A stretch of DNA of 64,000 nucleotides from Candidatus Latescibacterota bacterium (lineage in GTDB: Bacteria; Latescibacterota; UBA2968), in contig OZ242195.1 of the NCBI GenBank assembly GCA_965205975.1, positions 4,928,001 through 4,992,000 on the forward strand, read 5' to 3'. How positions within the stretch are numbered: position 1 is the stretch's first letter; each line of letters starts with the position of its first letter. Below are positions 59,716-64,000 of the stretch, one piece after another. A model generated the notes under the pieces. That model saw only the letters and a list, made by a program, of their open reading frames with translations, had not been told where the DNA came from and ran no database searches. The position numbers and the translations under genes are program-made.

Positions 59716-61812
59716 ATGCAAAAATATCAAGCCGAAGTCTTATTGAGACGTGCTGTCGGTGATCCCAACGCCCGTTTTCGAATGGGTCAATGGGAAGCGA
59801 TTGACGCGCTGGTCAATCACCGCCGCAAGTTGATGGTGGTACAGCGCACTGGTTGGGGCAAAAGCTCGGTTTACTTCATTGGCACGCGCATATTGCGTGA
59901 TCAAGGGAGCGGAGTAACAGTGATTGTGTCCCCTCTTCTTGCGCTGATGCGCAATCAGATTGAAGCGGCCAATCGACTTGGTATTCGTGCAGAGACAATC
60001 AATTCCACAAACCAGGATAACTGGCCAGAGATCAGCCATGCCATGTTAGCCGATCAGGTTGATGCCATTCTGATTTCGCCTGAACGTCTCGCGAACGAGA
60101 CATTTGTCGAAGAAGTTTTGATACCGGTAGCTGATCGCGTTGGTTTGTTCGTAGTTGATGAAGTACATTGCATTTCTGACTGGGGCCACGACTTTCGCCC
60201 GGATTATCAACGGCTGATCAATGTGTTACAACAAATGCCGCCGAATATGCCGGTACTGGGCACAACTGCCACCGCCAATGACCGGGTGATTGAGGACGTA
60301 AAGACACAACTCAGCGATATCGAGATTCAGCGCGGTACACTGGTTCGGGATAGTCTGGCACTGCAAACACTTCGATTACCCGATCAGGCGTCTCGGCTGG
60401 CTTGGCTGGCACAACATATTCCAGAATTACCGGGTACCGGGATCGTCTATGTGCTGACGATTCGGGACGCTGAACAGGTGGCAGACTGGCTAAAGCAGCA
60501 GGGGATAGAGGCGTACGCCTACTATAGCTATGTCCAGCATGAAGACTTCGAGGACAGCAACGAGTACCGACAACATCTCGAAGACCTGCTGTTGAGAAAT
60601 GAGATAAAGGTGCTGGTAGCGACTACTGCGTTAGGCATGGGTTACGACAAGCCTGACCTTAGCTTTGTCATTCATTACCAGGCTCCCGGTTCAGTGGTGG
60701 CCTATTACCAACAGGTCGGTCGAGCTGGAAGAGCAATCGACAGTGCTTATGGTGTGTTGCTGGCGGGCCGGGAGGACGAAGATATCCACGAGTACTTCCG
60801 CAGTAGCGCGTTCCCTGATGAGCAAGACGTGAACAGAATCCTGGATGTGCTGGTCGACCACGATGAATTATCTATATTTCAACTTCAACAGTATCTCAAT
60901 TTGAGGCATGGACAAATTGAAAAAGTCTTAAAAATTCTCAGTGTTGAGAACCCATCTCCTGTAATCAATCAGGGTAGCAGGTGGCGTCGGACACCTGTTC
61001 TATACCGTATGGACCACGCGCGAATTGAGCGTTTGACACAGCAAAGAGAAATCGAGTGGCAAGAGGTTCAAGATTATATCGATACGGATGCTTGTCTCAT
61101 GGCCTATTTGAGAAATGCCCTTGATGATCCAGAAAACGATGCGTGTGGTCGGTGTGCTATTTGTCTGGGTGAATCAGTTGTGGATATAGATACGGAACAC
61201 GCCCTTGTTATTGATGCAACCCGGTTTTTGAGGCGGGCGGAGATGCCCTTCAAACCGAATAGACAGGTAGCTACTGGTGCATTTCCTATATATGACTTTC
61301 GAGGCAATCTGCGGCCTGAACTTCAGGCATCGGAAGGGCGGATATTATCGCGCTGGGGTGATGCTGGCTGGGGCCAACTGGTGGCTGTTGACAAGCATGC
61401 AGGCCGCTTTCGTAGTGAGTTGGTGGAAGCTATGGCTGAGATGATTAATCAACGATGGCAACCGAATCCCGCCCCGGAATGGGTGACCTGTGTTCCGTCA
61501 ATCAACCATCCAACGTTGGTGCCGGACTTTGCGCGGCGACTCGCCATCCAATTGCAGTTGCCCTTTGTGGACGCCATTCATAAAATAAAAAATAACGAAC
61601 CTCAGAAGAATCAGCAGAACCGTTTCCATCAATGCCAAAATCTGGATGGCGTGTTCGAAATTTCGGAAAATATTCCTGAAACACCTGTGCTACTGGTGGA
61701 TGATATAATAGATTCTGGATGGACGGTCACCGTACTTGCCGCCTTGTTGCGGCAGGCGGGAAGTGGGCCGGTCTTTCCGGTGGCGTTGGCCTCGACAAGT
61801 GCGGGGGATTAA
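59716..61812 (+). CDS. RecQ-like helicase with C-terminal PRTase domain (RqlH-like)
   Basis: TGWGKS, DEVHCISDWGHDFRP, QQVGRAGR, Zn Cys cluster; LLVDDIIDSGWT PRPP loop. Confidence 0.9.
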   Translation: MQKYQAEVLLRRAVGDPNARFRMGQWEAIDALVNHRRKLMVVQRTGWGKSSVYFIGTRILRDQGSGVTVIVSPLLALMRNQIEAANRLGIRAETINSTNQDNWPEISHAMLADQVDAILISPERLANETFVEEVLIPVADRVGLFVVDEVHCISDWGHDFRPDYQRLINVLQQMPPNMPVLGTTATANDRVIEDVKTQLSDIEIQRGTLVRDSLALQTLRLPDQASRLAWLAQHIPELPGTGIVYVLTIRDAEQVADWLKQQGIEAYAYYSYVQHEDFEDSNEYRQHLEDLLLRNEIKVLVATTALGMGYDKPDLSFVIHYQAPGSVVAYYQQVGRAGRAIDSAYGVLLAGREDEDIHEYFRSSAFPDEQDVNRILDVLVDHDELSIFQLQQYLNLRHGQIEKVLKILSVENPSPVINQGSRWRRTPVLYRMDHARIERLTQQREIEWQEVQDYIDTDACLMAYLRNALDDPENDACGRCAICLGESVVDIDTEHALVIDATRFLRRAEMPFKPNRQVATGAFPIYDFRGNLRPELQASEGRILSRWGDAGWGQLVAVDKHAGRFRSELVEAMAEMINQRWQPNPAPEWVTCVPSINHPTLVPDFARRLAIQLQLPFVDAIHKIKNNEPQKNQQNRFHQCQNLDGVFEISENIPETPVLLVDDIIDSGWTVTVLAALLRQAGSGPVFPVALASTSAGD

Positions 61813-63051
61813 ATGTCAGTGTCACACGATACACAGGCGATCTTGTTGCTGACGGCGCATTTTTCAAAAGCGAAAAATGAGGCGGTTAAGCCGTTGACGA
61901 CGAAAGAATGGGGGCGTTTTACGTGGTGGCTTAGGAACCGATCACTGACTCCAGGGCACCTGATGACCGGGCGACTTGATGAACTCTTAAATGGGTGGTC
62001 AGACAAGACGATTACCATGGAGCGTATTGAGGGCCTGATGCATCGCGGTTCAGCACTTGCGCTGGCCTTGGAGAAATGGTTCCGTGCGGGTCTATGGGTT
62101 ATGACAAGATCGGATCCAGATTACCCGACGCGATTCAAGCAACGTCTGAGAACTGACTCACCTGCCGTCGTGTTTGGTTGCGGCAACAGAGCCTTACTCA
62201 ATGGCGGTGGCTTGGCAGTCATAGGCTCTCGCAATGCAACGGAAGAGGATTTGGCATATAGTCGTGATCTGGGTGCTCTGGCTGCGAGCACTGGTTATTC
62301 GATTGTTTCGGGGGGTGCGAGAGGGGTTGATGAGGCATCTATGCTCGGAGCCCTCGAAGTAGAAGGCACTGCGATTGGTGTGCTTGCCGATAGCCTTATG
62401 CGAGTCTGCTCAGGTGTCAAGTATCGCAAATACTTGATGGCGAATAATCTCGTACTCATTTCGACGTTTTATCCCGAAGCTGGGTTCAACGTGGGCCATG
62501 CCATGCAGCGTAACAAGTACATTTATTGCCTTTCTGATGCAGCTCTGGTGGTTCACTCCGGTACAAAGGGCGGTACTTGGAGCGGCGCGATGGAAAATCT
62601 CAAGAAGCAATGGGTACCGCTTTGGGTAAAAAGGACCAACGAAAAAAGAGCCGGAAATGCAGCTATTGTCAGGGCTGGTGCAGCATGGGTACCGGAGAAT
62701 ATCGGGGACGTTGATCTCAAGGCACTGTTTACGACAGATCGTAAAGAAAACTCTCCGCAACAAATGACGCTAACAAAATCGGATCAGTTCGTCCAAGTTG
62801 TTAAGGAGGATGCTAAGACATACTCTTCAGTCGAGGATATTGAGTTCTATGACCTGTTTCTCTTAAAAGTCCAAGTATTGTGCAAAGATGTCCCAAAGAC
62901 TCGTGATGATTTGGCTAAAGCATTGCAAGTTCGCAAGGCCCAGATCGATATCTGGCTCAAGCAGGCCACCGCTGATCAGAAATTGGAGAAACTGTCCAGA
63001 CCGGTTCGTTATCAGTGGGTCACCTCGCAGCAAGGCGCGTTATCCGTATAA
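61813..63051 (+). CDS. DprA/Smf (SLOG) protein with C-terminal wHTH-like region (RqlI-like)
   Basis: AVIGSR, IVSGGARGVD, QRNKYIY and GGT motifs; starts 1 nt after the helicase stop. Confidence 0.88.
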   Translation: MSVSHDTQAILLLTAHFSKAKNEAVKPLTTKEWGRFTWWLRNRSLTPGHLMTGRLDELLNGWSDKTITMERIEGLMHRGSALALALEKWFRAGLWVMTRSDPDYPTRFKQRLRTDSPAVVFGCGNRALLNGGGLAVIGSRNATEEDLAYSRDLGALAASTGYSIVSGGARGVDEASMLGALEVEGTAIGVLADSLMRVCSGVKYRKYLMANNLVLISTFYPEAGFNVGHAMQRNKYIYCLSDAALVVHSGTKGGTWSGAMENLKKQWVPLWVKRTNEKRAGNAAIVRAGAAWVPENIGDVDLKALFTTDRKENSPQQMTLTKSDQFVQVVKEDAKTYSSVEDIEFYDLFLLKVQVLCKDVPKTRDDLAKALQVRKAQIDIWLKQATADQKLEKLSRPVRYQWVTSQQGALSV

Positions 63052-63108
63052 AAAATGAGATATACCACAGCAGAACTTTTTCCATTGTGTAGCTTTGATA
63101 TAAACAGA

Positions 63109-63136
63109 AAACCCCAGGAGCGAGCTTCTGGGGTTT
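63109..63136. terminator. Hairpin between convergent genes, probable terminator
   Basis: aaaccccaggag-cgag-cttctggggttt. Confidence 0.7.
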
Positions 63137-63163
63137 GTGGTGTATCGGGAGCCGTTTTTAAGA

Positions 63164-63835
63164 TCAGAGGGGATCAAATTTGTAGCCGACACCGCGCACT
63201 GTGGTAATGGCTTTGCCGGATTCGCCGAGTTTGGAGCGCAGGCGGCGAATGTGGACGTCAACGGTGCGCATGCCGCCGTAATAGTCATAGCCCCAGATGC
63301 TGTCGAGCAGGTCCGATCGGGTAAATACGCGGGCTTCGTGGGTGACCAGATGTTTGAGTAGTTCGTATTCTTTGAGTGTGAGTTCGACAACGCTGCCCTT
63401 GACGCGCACTTCGTAGCGCGCCATATTGATGACGAGGTCGTCTATTTTGAGGGTGTGGTCGTCGGGGGTATGGTCGTCGTTCCAAAGGGCCAGGCGCAAG
63501 CGGGCTTCAAACTCGCGCAGGCTATAGGGCTTGATGACAAAATCTGAGATGCCGAGTGAAAAGTCGAGGTTGAGTGCAGTCATTTCATCGGTGATGACGA
63601 GCAGGGAACGGTCGTTGGTAGAATGTTGTTGTTGCAGGTCTGCAATGGCCTGTGCGAGGCGGTCGAGGGAGGATTCGGGGTCAATAATGGTCAAATCAAT
63701 GCCGTCAGCGGGAATGGGAGGCAAATTGCTCCGCCCGCGCAGGATCACATGTTCAACCTGATGCCCGATGTATTCGAGGTCTGATTTAAGACGCGCGCCG
63801 TAGGCTTCGTCCGCGAGAAGAAGAATAGTTGCCAT
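63164..63835 (-). CDS. OmpR-family response regulator, GlnR-like atypical receiver
   Basis: LTLKEYELL and WGYDYYGGMRTVDVHIRRLRSKLG winged helix; EARLRLA; ATG at 63835. Confidence 0.85.
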   Translation of the reverse strand: MATILLLADEAYGARLKSDLEYIGHQVEHVILRGRSNLPPIPADGIDLTIIDPESSLDRLAQAIADLQQQHSTNDRSLLVITDEMTALNLDFSLGISDFVIKPYSLREFEARLRLALWNDDHTPDDHTLKIDDLVINMARYEVRVKGSVVELTLKEYELLKHLVTHEARVFTRSDLLDSIWGYDYYGGMRTVDVHIRRLRSKLGESGKAITTVRGVGYKFDPL

Positions 63836-63924
63836 TGGAGACGAAATTGGGAATAAGGGAGGAACTGATATTACGCATTTTAATGCGCCCGTGTGTAATA
63901 TCAGTGCTGAAAACAGAAAGCCGA

Positions 63925-63953
63925 AAATTAGTGGCCTCATGGTATTTTGTCAA
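63925..63953 (-). promoter_or_regulatory. Sigma70-type promoter of the response regulator
   Basis: TTGACA-17 nt-TAATTT. Confidence 0.65.
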
Positions 63954-64000
63954 GGTGTATCTAACGAATACGGGCGCGGGCGTTAGAGAGAAATTAGTAA

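Overview
Bacterial chromosomal window, mostly on the + strand. Most of it is housekeeping: holB-metG-tatD-rsmA-ilvE-proC-hisHF-proB-ftsB-recO, valS, two STAS paralogs and an MltF-like transglycosylase. There is a thiamine cluster (thiC divergent from thiO-thiS-thiG-thiE-like-thiD-thiE) under two back-to-back TPP riboswitches. It also holds a selenocysteine-containing NAD-linked formate dehydrogenase that the ORF track splits at the UGA, an orphan RND pump and a cusCBA + HMA metal efflux cluster. Several accessory inserts look AT-richer by eye: a probable type II R-M locus with a YaaA/DUF6884-like gene, a three-gene operon led by a Tse2-like ADP-ribosyltransferase, an orphan C5 methyltransferase and an RqlH/RqlI-like (RecQ-PRTase + DprA) pair. 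The best candidates for undescribed biology are (1) the Tse2-like three-gene operon, (2) two tandem lipoproteins sharing a constant ~140-aa N-terminal module but carrying different ligand-binding domains, and (3) an unannotated 29-aa single-TM protein right after the RND gene (AcrZ-like logic). No rRNA, tRNA, CRISPR array or transposase was seen. All family calls come from motif recognition by eye; no searches were run.
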